The notes under the pieces were generated by a model. The model searched no databases. It was given only the letters and a program-made list of their open reading frames with translations, and was not told where the DNA came from. A stretch of DNA of 62,707 nucleotides, counting the filler, from Stramenopiles sp. TOSAG23-3 (taxonomy: Eukaryota): assembly GCA_900128585.1 (NCBI GenBank). It is 25 parts of 25 records of this genome, joined end to end, with 100 filler letters (N's around TTAATTAATTAA, not from the genome) between each part and the next. Parts side by side here need not be neighbours in the genome. Positions count along the whole stretch, not along the records: positions 1 to 2,426 come from LT644818.1; positions 2,527 to 4,952 come from LT644819.1; positions 5,053 to 7,477 come from LT644820.1; positions 7,578 to 10,000 come from LT644821.1; positions 10,101 to 12,521 come from LT644822.1; 20 more parts are not named here. One strand, given 5' to 3'. Shown in pieces: positions 1 to 11,318 of the stretch (the stretch's first letter is position 1; each line of letters starts with the position of its first letter). Position numbers and translations under genes: made by a program.

Positions 1-123
1 AGTTTTATGTTTTTCTTTTGTTATTTATTCTATTTTTTATTATTTTTATGTACCAAATGGGATGTTGGGATGTTGGGATAGTATAGTAGTGATGGATGAT
101 GGATGGATGGAGGTACGGATAGC

Positions 124-219
124 GGACCCCCCGGGAGGACCCTCAGATCCCATTCGTATGTGGAAAGAGATGGAATTGTGGCTGAAAACGCACTGGAATG
201 GAAATTGTGGTATTTAAAG
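124..219 (+). promoter_or_regulatory. Putative viral promoter: GGACC-GGACC-GATCCC then TATA-like GTATTTAAAG
   Basis: GGACC at 124 and 137, GATCCC at 146, GTATTTAAAG at 210-219, 17 nt before ATG 237. The same motif order occurs upstream of the Rpb12-like gene on another contig. Confidence 0.45.
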
Positions 220-236
220 CCTCACATTGAATCAAA

Positions 237-860
237 ATGAAGACCTGTACTAAATGCAACAAGACCAAAGCGCTCACGGAGTTTAGCAAGCGGCCCGAAA
301 GACCCTGTGGACTCCAAGCCCGATGCAAAGTATGTAAGAGGGCATATGCCAAGGAGTACCGCGAAAACAACCTTGAGAAAGAACTAGCGAGAAACAAGAA
401 GTATCGCGAAAACAACCGGGAGAAATACAATGCATCGTCAAGGAAGAGCAAGCAACGCCCGGAAGCCAAGAAACGAAAAAATGCACGTCGTAGGGAACGT
501 TACCATTCTGATCCACAGTTCCGAATTCAGTGTAATTTACGCTGCCGCTTACGCAATGCACTCAAAGGCAAGCCCAAGAGTGCGAGTACCATGACATTGG
601 TTGGTTGTTCCATATCACACCTAAAGGACCATCTCGAAAAGCAGTTCCTACCCGGAATGACATGGGAGAATCAAGGGAAATGGCACATCGATCATATGAT
701 GCCCTGTGCCTCCTTTGACTTGAGCTGTCCCGAACAGCAGAGACGGTGTTTTCATTACACCAACCTCCAGCCCATGTGGGGTACCGAGAACATAAGCAAA
801 GGCGATAATATCCTCTACAATCGCGTATGGAATGGGTGTAGATGGATAAATAATGATTAA
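237..860 (+). CDS. HNH-type endonuclease with N-terminal Zn ribbon (large DNA virus/phage type)
   Basis: CTKC...CKVC ribbon, basic helical linker, C-terminal WHIDHMMPCASFDL...CFHYTNLQPMW..ENISKG, the motif set of HNH proteins common in giant viruses. Confidence 0.88.
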   Translation: MKTCTKCNKTKALTEFSKRPERPCGLQARCKVCKRAYAKEYRENNLEKELARNKKYRENNREKYNASSRKSKQRPEAKKRKNARRRERYHSDPQFRIQCNLRCRLRNALKGKPKSASTMTLVGCSISHLKDHLEKQFLPGMTWENQGKWHIDHMMPCASFDLSCPEQQRRCFHYTNLQPMWGTENISKGDNILYNRVWNGCRWINND

Positions 861-872
861 ATAAAGTATAGT

Positions 873-1334
873 TTAGTTTATTTCAATAGGGGTGTAGCGT
901 CCGCCGCGGTCGTCCAAACAGCATTTCAACCGCTTCACTTTTTCCATGTCAGCAATATCGTTTTCAGTAGCTTCAGAACGTGGTATTAATCCCCATTCTT
1001 GTAAAGGCACACCAGCATGGGTCACCGATCGTTTAAAACGGTAGGCGTACCCCTCCTGAAACTTGCGTTTGAAGCGTCTTAGTACTCGTTTTCTCGTTCG
1101 TTTCTTCGCCTTCCGAAAATCCGTCCTCAACTTGTTCACAGTGATTTCACGCTTCCTTTTGCCATGCGTCTTGACTTCAGCGAAGGTTCGGCGACAAGTA
1201 GGGCATGTATCGTTTTTCAACGCCCATGTCTCTAAGCAGCCGACACAGTATGGATGCTCACAGACCTCAGTGGTGGCTTTTCGCTTAGCGGGCCCCAAAT
1301 CCTCAAAACAAATACCGCATTGTTGAGATTCCAT
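873..1334 (-). CDS. RING-finger (C3HC4) protein, putative E3 ligase with basic NLS-like segments
   Basis: CGIC...CEHPYCVGC...W...CPTCR; KRKRE and KKRTRKR basic stretches; convergent with the HNH gene across a 12-bp gap. Confidence 0.88.
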   Translation of the reverse strand: MESQQCGICFEDLGPAKRKATTEVCEHPYCVGCLETWALKNDTCPTCRRTFAEVKTHGKRKREITVNKLRTDFRKAKKRTRKRVLRRFKRKFQEGYAYRFKRSVTHAGVPLQEWGLIPRSEATENDIADMEKVKRLKCCLDDRGGRYTPIEIN

Positions 1335-1851
1335 TGTGATTTCGTATTAGTATGTGCTATTTTTATTTGTGTTTCATTTGCTTTTATATTATTTTACACT
1401 TATTTAGTTTCCATGTTTCCAATTTACCAGTAAGACCAGTACCTTTGCGTTCGTGAAGACAAAAAAATTTTGGAGGGAGGATGAAGAAAAAAAATTGTGG
1501 TACCAGATGGGATTATTTGGGATTTTCATTAACATGAAGACAGCATAGAAATAAATTATTGATTTTTGGTCGAAAATAACATAGGAATAACAAGGCCATG
1601 GGTCATTTTTTTAATCATTATTTGAATTAACATAGAGACAGCATCGAAACAATAAATCTTATTTTTTTGAATCAATAAATAATAATCCCATCGCGATTGT
1701 GGTTGGTTGACACTTACATTACTCGCACGAGTTGCCTTCCATGGGAATTCCATTTACGAAAAAGAAATAAGAATGAATACTCAATACATTAAACAAACAA
1801 ACAAACAAACAAACTAACAAAACTCCTTTAACTAACACAAAAACAACTACC

Positions 1852-2298
1852 ATGTTTATCGATTGTCTCGTAGATTACCTTGTCGATAGCGCGATCCAAG
1901 AAGCTGAAGTTTGGGAATGGGAAAGATATACAGAACCTCATCCTTCGGCACTTGCACTAGCAGAACGTCGCCCAGACTATAACGAGTACATGGGCTCTAG
2001 ACTCGGCTGGAAGAAGAACTGTGGGACGAGCACAACACAGCCTATGTTCATCGAGTCACCGAACTCGGCGTATTCTCCATTGAAAAAACGCAAACGAGAC
2101 GAAGAAGACGAGTACGAAGTTACTTTGAAGATACGAGCGCCGAAACATACGAAACTTTGCAATGTGGACGTCGAAATTGATAACAATAAGGCGTGGTTCT
2201 CGAGCGGCGAGCATTATCGCATGTCGCCCTACATGTACACTAAGACTGTGCTGTGCGCTGGAAGAAATTGTGGTGGCTGCTTACAAAACGACTGCTAA
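1852..2298 (+). CDS. Hypothetical protein (148 aa) with NLS-like PLKKRKR and C-terminal Cys cluster
   Basis: Clean ATG-TAA ORF after an A/C-rich leader; no family recognised. Confidence 0.65.
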   Translation: MFIDCLVDYLVDSAIQEAEVWEWERYTEPHPSALALAERRPDYNEYMGSRLGWKKNCGTSTTQPMFIESPNSAYSPLKKRKRDEEDEYEVTLKIRAPKHTKLCNVDVEIDNNKAWFSSGEHYRMSPYMYTKTVLCAGRNCGGCLQNDC

Positions 2299-2321
2299 AT
2301 ATTTTACTTTTTTTTATATAG

Positions 2322-2415
2322 CTACTACCTACAACCTACACAACCTACTACAACCTACAACCTTCTACAACCTACAACCTTCTACAACCGACTTACCGAC
2401 TTACCAACCTACCGA
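2322..2415 (+). repeat. Degenerate CTACAAC-type tandem repeat at contig end
   Basis: ctacaacctacacaacctactacaacctacaaccttctacaacctacaaccttctacaaccgacttaccgacttacc. Confidence 0.85.
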
Positions 2416-2426
2416 AATTACATAAA

Positions 2427-2526
2427 NNNNNNNNNNNNNNNNNNNNNNNNNNNNNNNNNNNNNNNNNNNNTTAATTAATTAANNNNNNNNNNNNNNNNNN
2501 NNNNNNNNNNNNNNNNNNNNNNNNNN
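2427..2526. other. Artificial contig spacer (first of 24), N44-TTAATTAATTAA-N44
   Basis: Identical 100-bp spacers with stops in all six frames start at 2427, 4953, 7478, 10001, 12522, 15042, 17560, 20076, 22591, 25106, 27620, 30133, 32646, 35156, 37666, 40176, 42685, 45193, 47700, 50206, 52709, 55209, 57709 and 60209. The segments between them shrink or stay equal in length, from 2426 to 2399 bp. Confidence 0.99.
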
Positions 2527-4155
2527 GGGAAATTTGAAAAAAATACCGCTTCCTGGGGGGAGCGGCTTCTCCACGTGAAGCTCTCCCCCAGGCCTCATCT
2601 TTTCCAGCTCTTTCAAACGCGACTGTACGAGGCCCGCGTTGTAGCCAAACTTGTTGTTTATCCATTTATCGACGAAGCGCTGCTTGTGCTCAATATCCTC
2701 CTGCTGCTTAGCGTACTCTCGACTCTGGGCCAGGTAACGATCGGCGCTGCTCTTTCTGTATGCATCCCAGTTGCCCCTGTAAAACTGCAACTGGCGGTTC
2801 CGAAATTCAACAATGTCTGTGCAAACATGGTTCAAAAACGACGAGTCGTGAGACACTAAGATGAGTGTGGTTGCCCAATCCGCCAAGTAAGTTTCTAGCC
2901 ATATAACGGCGTGCAAATCTAAATGGTTCGTCGGTTCGTCCAGCAGAAGCAGGTCCGGTTTCAGGAACAGGGCCCTCGCCAACGCTAGCCGCATTCGCCA
3001 CCCCCCACTCAGACTTTTCGTTGGAGCGGCTTGCATCTCCGCGGTGAACGACAAACCGTTCAAAATTGACGACGCCCGAGCCTCTGCGGAGGCGGCATCC
3101 CTCTCTTCCAGCTGCGCCGCAATCCGGTTCAGCTCGTCTGTGTCGGGGTTCTCCATGTTAGTCAGCTCTTGCTCACGCTGCAAAAGTTCCGTCGTTCCAA
3201 CGTCCGCCTCCAGGACACTCTTCAGCGAGCTCGTGTCCGTTCCTTCGGCCTCCTGCGCAACGTACAAAACGCTCATTTTCGTCCGGGCCAACTTTTCAAT
3301 GTGGTACATCATCGTGCTCTTTCCGACGCCGTTCCGGCCAATAAGACCGTACCGGTGGTTCGTAAGAATTTTTACGTCGGCCTCGTTCAACAGATTTGTC
3401 GAATCGTACGCCATCATCAAGCCATCCAGCCTGAGGCAAACGTCCGTAAAGTTCGCGCCGCTGCCGCTTTTGCTGACGTTGCTGGATTGCAGCTGGACGT
3501 TGCACTCCTCGAAATTGACGGTCCCTTCTTCCGCATTGATCGTCGCGCTCTTCAGCCGTTGCTCTATCGACATCTTTTTCTTCATGTCCTCTTCTTTCAC
3601 CGCCTCAATTTCCCGATTCTCCCGCCATTCTCGCCGTTGTTTGACGTCGGACAACAAATAGGACGTGCTGCCCGAGCGAGCGCCCGCTTGCGGAACATTT
3701 TCATACCCACGGGTCTTCGGTAGTTTTGCGTCCTCAACCTTGGACTTGTCGACGCCTCGGAGGTCGTTGGCGAGCTTCGCCACTTCTTTGTCCTGCTCGG
3801 CATCGTCTAGCCTCGAAAATGATGGCGCCACGCCCAATCCCACCAGCAATTCCTTTACGTCCTCCAGTTCAACGGTTGTGTCGGACACTATGTTAAAAAT
3901 GTACTCGCACACCTCGTCGGCAATGTCTTCCTCGCTGTCTCCGCCTTGCCCAGCAATCCAATGTTTTATTTTTTCGCTCGGTGTCCCCGCCTTCGATACC
4001 TTTCCACCACTAGCCGCTGCTGTCAATGGCGCGGCGCCTTCCTCCGCGGCGGCTTTCCTTGCCTTGGCGGCGGCCCGCTTCCCCTTTCGTCGCTGCCGCC
4101 TTAGCTTCGTTTTATTGGTGCCCCCAACCGATTCGCTGTCCGCCACTGAAGCCAT
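2527..4155 (-). CDS. ABC-F family ATPase (GCN20/ABCF3-like), 3'-truncated
   Basis: Walker A GRNGVGKST, signature LSGGWRMR, Walker B LLLLDEPTNHLD, H-loop VSHD, inter-ABC linker, no TM segments. Confidence 0.93.
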
Positions 4156-5326
4156 CCTGTGAAGTGAACTCTTGGGCAGTACAAGTTGGTATTAGTGTTC
4201 ACGTACAGTATTCAGAAACAAATAAAATTAAGCAAGAATGAATTGAAAAATGAGGTAGATGTACATGCGTTCATGAAAGAAATAAACCCTCGTTCATTGG
4301 TAATTAAGCTATAGATATATCGCATCGATCAGGGAACAGGGAACAAAAGGCCGGTATAATAATAAGCAGGGGCAAGAAGAAGAAGAAGAAGAAGAAGGGA
4401 AAAAAAATTATTATAATAATATTCTTCGAGTACCAAGGTATGCCAATGTGGATACCATCATCATCCATCATTGCCAATCATCGTCGAAGAAAAAGAAAAG
4501 ATGCGAAAAACAATTATGAAGAAGAATATCTAAATCCTTAATATAAATATATGTTCCTTAATTATTTTAATTTGTAATTCTATATTTTAAATACATTTTT
4601 CTATAGTAATTAGGCCTCTCGTACTACATACTTATTTAATACATGATATCGTAGCCATCAGTTTATCTATCATACCACCACAGCAGTAGTGTCAAATCAT
4701 CTACACTTTATTTAGTCCTCGTATGAAATATAATTTATTAAATACGACCTAGAAGTAATTATAACGTACTATTACTACTGTATAATTTTAAAAAATGGAG
4801 GAAGAAGAACAAATAAATAACAATGCCATTATTTATATAGAACTAGTATATGATGATGATGGAGGAAGAAGAAAAAAGAAAAGAAAAGAAAAAAAGAAAA
4901 GAAAAGAAAAAAAGAAAAGATATATAAATAGTCCTATCATACATAATAATATNNNNNNNNNNNNNNNNNNNNNNNNNNNNNNNNNNNNNNNNNNNNTTAA
5001 TTAATTAANNNNNNNNNNNNNNNNNNNNNNNNNNNNNNNNNNNNNNNNNNNNGTGTTGTGTATTGTATTGGGGGATTATTTATTGAGGAGTGTAATAATA
5101 TAATAATGTGAAAGAAAGAAGAAAAGGAGGAGGAGGACAGAGTACAGACAGAGCTACTCGGACTACCCACTCTCTAAACCTACGACACATGAATACAATA
5201 ATTCAACTCAGAAAAAAGATGATCATACATAAGAATATTCTTTACAGTTCTCAAATAAAGCACATTTCTTTCCAGATTTGCATTTATGCATCTTTTTCTT
5301 ATACATCTGCAAGGTTGAGATCAAAT

Positions 5327-7295
5327 ATGGTTCTCGCCGACATTGAACTTGTTGAAAGACGCAGTCCGGCAGGTGGTGTGCTATCGCTCAAGCCGCAGGA
5401 CGTTTGGGAAGACACCATTAGTCCATGCGGCCGTTTCTGGAGACTAATGAGTGCATGGGAGATTTGCGTGGTCGTTATATTGTACGTGTACGCAATTGCA
5501 GGAAACATGTACTTTTACATTTATAGAGAGACTGGCAACCGTCCGTTCATTTGGATACACCTTTTAATGGTTTTCATAGCCCTGCTCTCCATGGCTTTGT
5601 TTATTTTCCACGGCATGAGAGTTGCACAATGTTTTCGAAAACCGAACAAAACTTGTAAAAATAAACTCAATGACTCCAAATCACAAAGCACTGGGCTATG
5701 GCATGATTTAAAAAGAAAGGTCATTCATCCATGTTTTGATTTGAACGGAGAATATTTTCTTCTGAGAATGTTTTTCACGGAACACCTCGAAATCATATAT
5801 CAGTTCTACACATACTTTTCTGTATATGCATGCACATTACCGCCGTGGGTCCTGGGCACTGTTGCGTCGGTTATGCTTCTCGATGTTGCTTGTTGTCAGT
5901 GGACTATGAAGAACATGGAGTCATCAACTGCCNNNNNTACCAGTAACACCTTTAAACACGCATTTGTTGATTAATGTTCCTTTAGTGGCCCTATTACTAA
6001 AAATGTATGATTTGGGGGTTGATACTATAAACGTAGCCCGTAAAAAGTATGAAGAAGAGGTAGAAGCGGGAAAAGAGCACCGGGTTTCTAGAAGAATGTC
6101 TATTACACGCGAATCTATGCGACAAGCTCACAATGTCCCACGGTGGATAGTGGTAGTATTTTCCAGTTTGAATGCCATATATTCTTTATGTTGGATTTCA
6201 ATTATGGCTCTTTTAGCTTTTGCGCAGCCTTCACCAGAGACCTGTTACGAAGAAATAGGTATGCAAATTTGGGAAGGTTGCCATGTCCATGTACCATTCT
6301 GCAGCAGGCCATTTGCGCCCCAATGCAACTGTGCAATCATGACGCTAGTACAGTATAATGAAAGCAAACTTCCAGATAGTTTTGCAAAATTGGACGGTTT
6401 GGCAAAATTACGCATCATATTCGGGTCGTTGGAAAAATTGGACGACAATTTTGGTTTTAATCACCACAGACTTGTACACTTAGAAATAGTAAATCAGAAA
6501 TTAAAAGCCTTGCCTGATAGCGTATTTGCTTCAAAACATTTGTTCCGTTTAGAATTGTCAAACAACCAGCTTTCGGCTATTCCCTCGTCAATTGAACATG
6601 CAATCGAATTGTTTTACCTCGGTGCAGAACAAAACAACTTGACTGAATTCCCAATTGTCGCTACCATGCCACAAATGGTACATTTGTTTTTAGGGCGAAA
6701 TCAAATAAAGACCCTACCATCAAACATTGATGCGTTACTACCAATTGCTCAACAGTTGGTTTTGGCGTTCAACACCATTGAAACTTTACCACAATCGCTA
6801 GGCAAGATGTCCTCTTTGAAAGTTCTCTTGCTGCATCAAAACAGGATATCTAGACTTCCAGAATCAATGTGCGATCTTTCAAAGCTGGGACAGTTATTTG
6901 CCTGGAATAATAGTCTGACAGTAGTGCCATCATGTATGGATAAAACCAACATTGATTTTTTTGACATTCGAAATAATAAAATCAAAGCTTTTGAGCCATC
7001 CGTATTGGTGCGTGCAAAAGGGATGACCTATTTTAGCGCTGCCGGTAATCCAATATGCACAGCAAACCCGGCGTCATTTTGTGGCGGAACGTGCTCAGCA
7101 AATTGTCCTTCGGTATGGCGAGCGGACGGTTGCTGTAGTGATGGGATATATCTTGCTTGCAAGTATAATAATATAGGCAAATCATTTCCAAAATTGAAGA
7201 TAAAACCAGAAGTCCTCATGCAGTTACGGAATGAGAACACTGAATGCTTCACGGAGGAATGTAATTACGATGACAGTGATTGTTTTTTCAAGTAA
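5327..7295 (+). CDS. Multi-pass membrane protein with extracellular LRRs and a C-terminal LNR(Notch)-like module; split by an internal assembly gap at 5933-5937
   Basis: Hydrophobic helices in both ORF halves; about 8 LxxLxLxxNxLxxLP repeats; CSANCPSVWRADGCC...CFTEECNYDDSDC. The frame changes across the NNNNN gap. Confidence 0.8.
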
Positions 7296-7666
7296 AATCG
7301 TTTTATTATCTTACAAGTTTTAATCAACATAAAATAGTAATATCGCCACAACCTTAAACACAGAATGAAAGGGAAACTAAGTCTTACTATTAAAATCAAT
7401 ATGTTTTAAGTCAAAAAAGAAAAGAAAAAAGAAGGTAAAACCGTTCAAGAACCCAAACTCCTCCTTGTTCCAGAATANNNNNNNNNNNNNNNNNNNNNNN
7501 NNNNNNNNNNNNNNNNNNNNNTTAATTAATTAANNNNNNNNNNNNNNNNNNNNNNNNNNNNNNNNNNNNNNNNNNNNATGCATGATCCGAATCAGTGTGT
7601 GGAATTGCGTCGATGTCAGGAGACCCATAATCAACTTCCTCATCCGATGTCTCACTTATATGTGAA

Positions 7667-9289
7667 TCATTCCTTGTGAGGGAATTGTCGTTTGTGAGTT
7701 GAGGGGGTCGGGAGAGGGTTGTTTGTCCAAACAGAAGCCTCTTGAAATACCGTCATCTTTGTTCCCGATGACTCTGTTTCACTATCCTCACTGTCACTCT
7801 CAGAAGCATCTAAGGTTAAGTTTATAGGCTGGTGCAATCTCTGGGCCAACCTAACAGAGTCTACCCTCCGCTGGGAATGTTGGTCAATTACGTCGTGGGT
7901 TGATTTCCGCAAAAATTTCATGGCAATCTCTCGGACATGTGCGGTGTGCCGGCAGCCACTGTGAACTCGGCCCATGTTTCTGAAGTAAAAGTCTGCCCCT
8001 TCTTTCGACATCCGGGATCGAACTTCTAAAGCCACGAGAGCAACGAAGTAGATCGCCCCCCAAATATTATACGCCACAACGAGCCCGTGAGAGTTGCTAA
8101 CTTTTGTCCCGAGTATCGTTTTATCCCCATGGTACAGCCTGCGAATTCCCGAGCCGACTTGAATGAAGCCAACAAGCACCACTACCCAACCGAGCACTAT
8201 ATGGGCAACGCGAGTGGGTCGATTGAAATCCTTTTTAGCATACTTCATTGCCTCGTGTTCAAAGCCGCTTCTGGCGTGGTAGCCCGTATACATTATTACA
8301 ACAATGAACAGAAACACAAACAAGCCCGTGAAACTGTGGTAATCGACTTTGATTTCCTGCACGACAAATATTGCGACGGCGATGAAACTAACCGCCCCAC
8401 CGGCTGACAACTTTCCTGTCACCTTGTGGACTATCAGCCAGAATCTGCTTTGCGACTTGCCGTATCGTGTGAACATGCTGTTGAGCGGTACCAATACGCC
8501 CCAGAAACACCCCATGACCAACGCGTGCAGAGTAATCACCGACCCGTTGTTCGATGTATCCCAACGGCTCGCGCTAATGTCAATCTTTGTTCTCCATGTC
8601 GGCATTCCGCTCGGGGGGTAGTAGGAAGGTTTATTCGGCTCATATGTAAAACCGACAATAATTGGCCCCGTGAATGGCACCAGGTTGTCTTCTTCGTCCC
8701 CAGTATCTCTTTTTCGGGAAAAAGAGAACGACTGGAAAGTTATGCCGCCTTTCGTAAATGTTGTATGGGACTTTCCAAATAAGTTGTCTTCCTTGTCTAG
8801 GACTGGTCTGGCTTGCGAAGCACTGTGGTAGTCTTTGATGCTAACTTTCCCACCGTTGCTCCAGGCCATCACGATATCGCCTCCGGACATTATGTTTTCA
8901 AACGTGCTCCCGTGCGTAGCCCCGATGCACATGCCGACCCAGCCCCCGTCAGCGGGAATTGTCAGCGTAAAAGAGACCGCAACAAACTGTTCGTGGGTTT
9001 TCTTGTCGACGCAAATGCAAGAAAGGTAGGACGCGGCAACGTACCCAGGGTCTTCCTTTGCGATTACCCGGTGGTAGGGCAATACTGTGCCCGTGTTCGG
9101 ACAAGCGCCATCGTTTGTCAACGACGCGTTATGATCCGGGCAAGCGCACTGTGCATACTCCAACTTGTCTACATTCTTTAAAATGGTGGGCTGCTTGTCT
9201 TCCATATGGTTACCATGGCCGGTGGAACTGCACTCCCCAAACATTGTCGCCACGCCCAAGGCAACGAACAACAAATGGCGCATAACCAT
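7667..9289 (-). CDS. DOMON + cytochrome b561 protein (ferric-chelate reductase-like)
   Basis: Signal peptide MVMRHLLFVALG; DOMON GWVGMCIG...MSGGDIVMAW...FSFSRKRDTGD; b561 His ligands in LHALVM, VHKV, YHSFTG and AHIVLG. Confidence 0.88.
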   Translation of the reverse strand: MVMRHLLFVALGVATMFGECSSTGHGNHMEDKQPTILKNVDKLEYAQCACPDHNASLTNDGACPNTGTVLPYHRVIAKEDPGYVAASYLSCICVDKKTHEQFVAVSFTLTIPADGGWVGMCIGATHGSTFENIMSGGDIVMAWSNGGKVSIKDYHSASQARPVLDKEDNLFGKSHTTFTKGGITFQSFSFSRKRDTGDEEDNLVPFTGPIIVGFTYEPNKPSYYPPSGMPTWRTKIDISASRWDTSNNGSVITLHALVMGCFWGVLVPLNSMFTRYGKSQSRFWLIVHKVTGKLSAGGAVSFIAVAIFVVQEIKVDYHSFTGLFVFLFIVVIMYTGYHARSGFEHEAMKYAKKDFNRPTRVAHIVLGWVVVLVGFIQVGSGIRRLYHGDKTILGTKVSNSHGLVVAYNIWGAIYFVALVALEVRSRMSKEGADFYFRNMGRVHSGCRHTAHVREIAMKFLRKSTHDVIDQHSQRRVDSVRLAQRLHQPINLTLDASESDSEDSETESSGTKMTVFQEASVWTNNPLPTPSTHKRQFPHKE

Positions 9290-10100
9290 GGCGCTGGTGT
9301 ATGTGTGATGGTAAAGAATGTACACGAATGGTCTACCAATATATGCTGTATCATCGGTTTATTTTATGCACTACACTTTCGCTATAACAATGCATTTTTC
9401 TTTTTTTGTGGTGATTGCCTTTACTTCTTGTCCCACAATTCAAGTCAGTGCAGGTTAAAAATTTAACTTCGATCCTCCAAATAATAATTTAAAGTGGTGG
9501 TGTCGTTGTTTGCTGTGTGTGTGTGTTTAATAAAGCTTAAATAATTAATAGATAGAAGAAGAAAGTAAAAATCCTACGGAATTTTTCAGATGGTGGGTGT
9601 GTGGTTAGTGTATTATTTCTATGTAAAATAATAAATAGAAGAAAAAGATAGAAATCCAAAAAATCATAATTGTGTGTGGTGTTCTGTAGACTATTATAAC
9701 TAGAATAACATAATTGCACAAACTCTGCAATTTAAATACATCCTCGTATACTTAAAATACAATACAATACAAGGAAAGAGACGAGGAGAGAGGAGTACAA
9801 GGAAAGAGACAAAGGAAAAAAAGATTTGATACTGTAATTGTATTCCTCGTATTATAGCTCTAATTACGAAGAAGACTAAACAATGTTGTAATATTAATTA
9901 CATTACATCCCTATCATCAAAACACATTAGAATACAAAACGAATGAAAGGGCAAGTTTCCAAAATATAATTGTTTTAAAACTAGTCGTACGTAGTCCTAT
10001 NNNNNNNNNNNNNNNNNNNNNNNNNNNNNNNNNNNNNNNNNNNNTTAATTAATTAANNNNNNNNNNNNNNNNNNNNNNNNNNNNNNNNNNNNNNNNNNNN

Positions 10101-11318
10101 GTTCGAGCGAGCAGGGTACGGGTTACCGGCTTTCTCCCTAAAATCCTCTTCCGTTCGGGCCGGGAGGAAGTGCGCAAAGGCCCTCCCGTCGACGGGGTGG
10201 TCGACTTCTCCACGCTTCCACTTAAAAAAATATTCACCGTTTCCGCTCATCCTAGGCTCCCCGCACAAGTGCTCGTATCCTTTCTTGATGAACTTTTTAA
10301 ACTGCTTTCTATTGCCAAGGGGGTCGGTGCGCACTACCGAAGGCAGGTAGGTCTCTAAATTCTCACTCTCCGGTTTGATCAGGGTGTAGTTCAGCGGCTG
10401 CTCTGGGGCGAGGCGAAAGTGCTGCCTCGTGAGATCGTACCACTTGGGCTTGCAGAACATCCCGCTGAGCCGGACGCGGTGCTTCTTCCGTTTCCGCGAC
10501 GGGTCGAACCGTTCGATCGTTGACAGGTGCCACCGGCTGCCGCTTGGGTTGTTCGCCAGCTTCAGCTCGATCTGTCTCCCGTCGATCAGGTCATCGTAAT
10601 CGCAAACGTACCGATTTTTGTGGTAAAGGACCGTTCTCGTTTCTCCCGATTTGTTTTTGAGCACGCCCAGACCATGCATGTCGTCCTCGTAAAATTCTCC
10701 AGTGTAGCTCTCTCCCAGCTTCTCTTCCGACTGCCAGTAGTACGTGCCCTTTCCGTGTTTCTTTCCGTAGAACCATTGGCCCTCGTACAGCAGGTGCAAT
10801 TGTGCAGCGAAGTATTTCCCTTTCCCGTGGGGAGTGCGAATGTGATTGTGCCTTGGGTTGTACCGGTCCTTCCAGGACTCCTCCTCCAGCCATTCCCCGC
10901 GGTAGAACCCGTCCCCTAACTTTCTAGTGATCCGCCGCTCTTCCGCCTTTGCCGCCGCAACCGCCGCCTTTTCCTTTCTAAGCTTTTCGCGCTCTTTGGC
11001 AAGCCGTTCCTCCTTCTCCTTTCGTTTGATTTCATCCTCTACCCGTTCCTGTTCCTCTCGGAACTTCTTTGCGGCCATTTCTTTCTCCTCCTGCCGGACC
11101 ATGCGATTGTAGTACGTTTTCCCCGTTTTCTTCCACAGTTCATGGCGCTTCTCTCGCTCGATTTCCTCCGCCTTCAACCGCTTGGCTTCCTTTATCCTTT
11201 CTTTCTCCGCTCTCACCCGTTCTACCTCCGCTCTCGCTTCCGCCTCGAACTTCTCCCTCTGCTTGCGCTCTTGATCCGCAATCCGCTTGAACAGCTGTTC
11301 CCTTTCGTACTTGTTCAT
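10101..11318 (-). CDS. Coiled-coil + MORN-repeat protein, 3'-truncated
   Basis: YRGEW...PHGKGKY, YEGQWFYGKKHGKGTY and YTGEFYEDDMHGLGVL after an E/K/R-rich coil. Confidence 0.88.
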
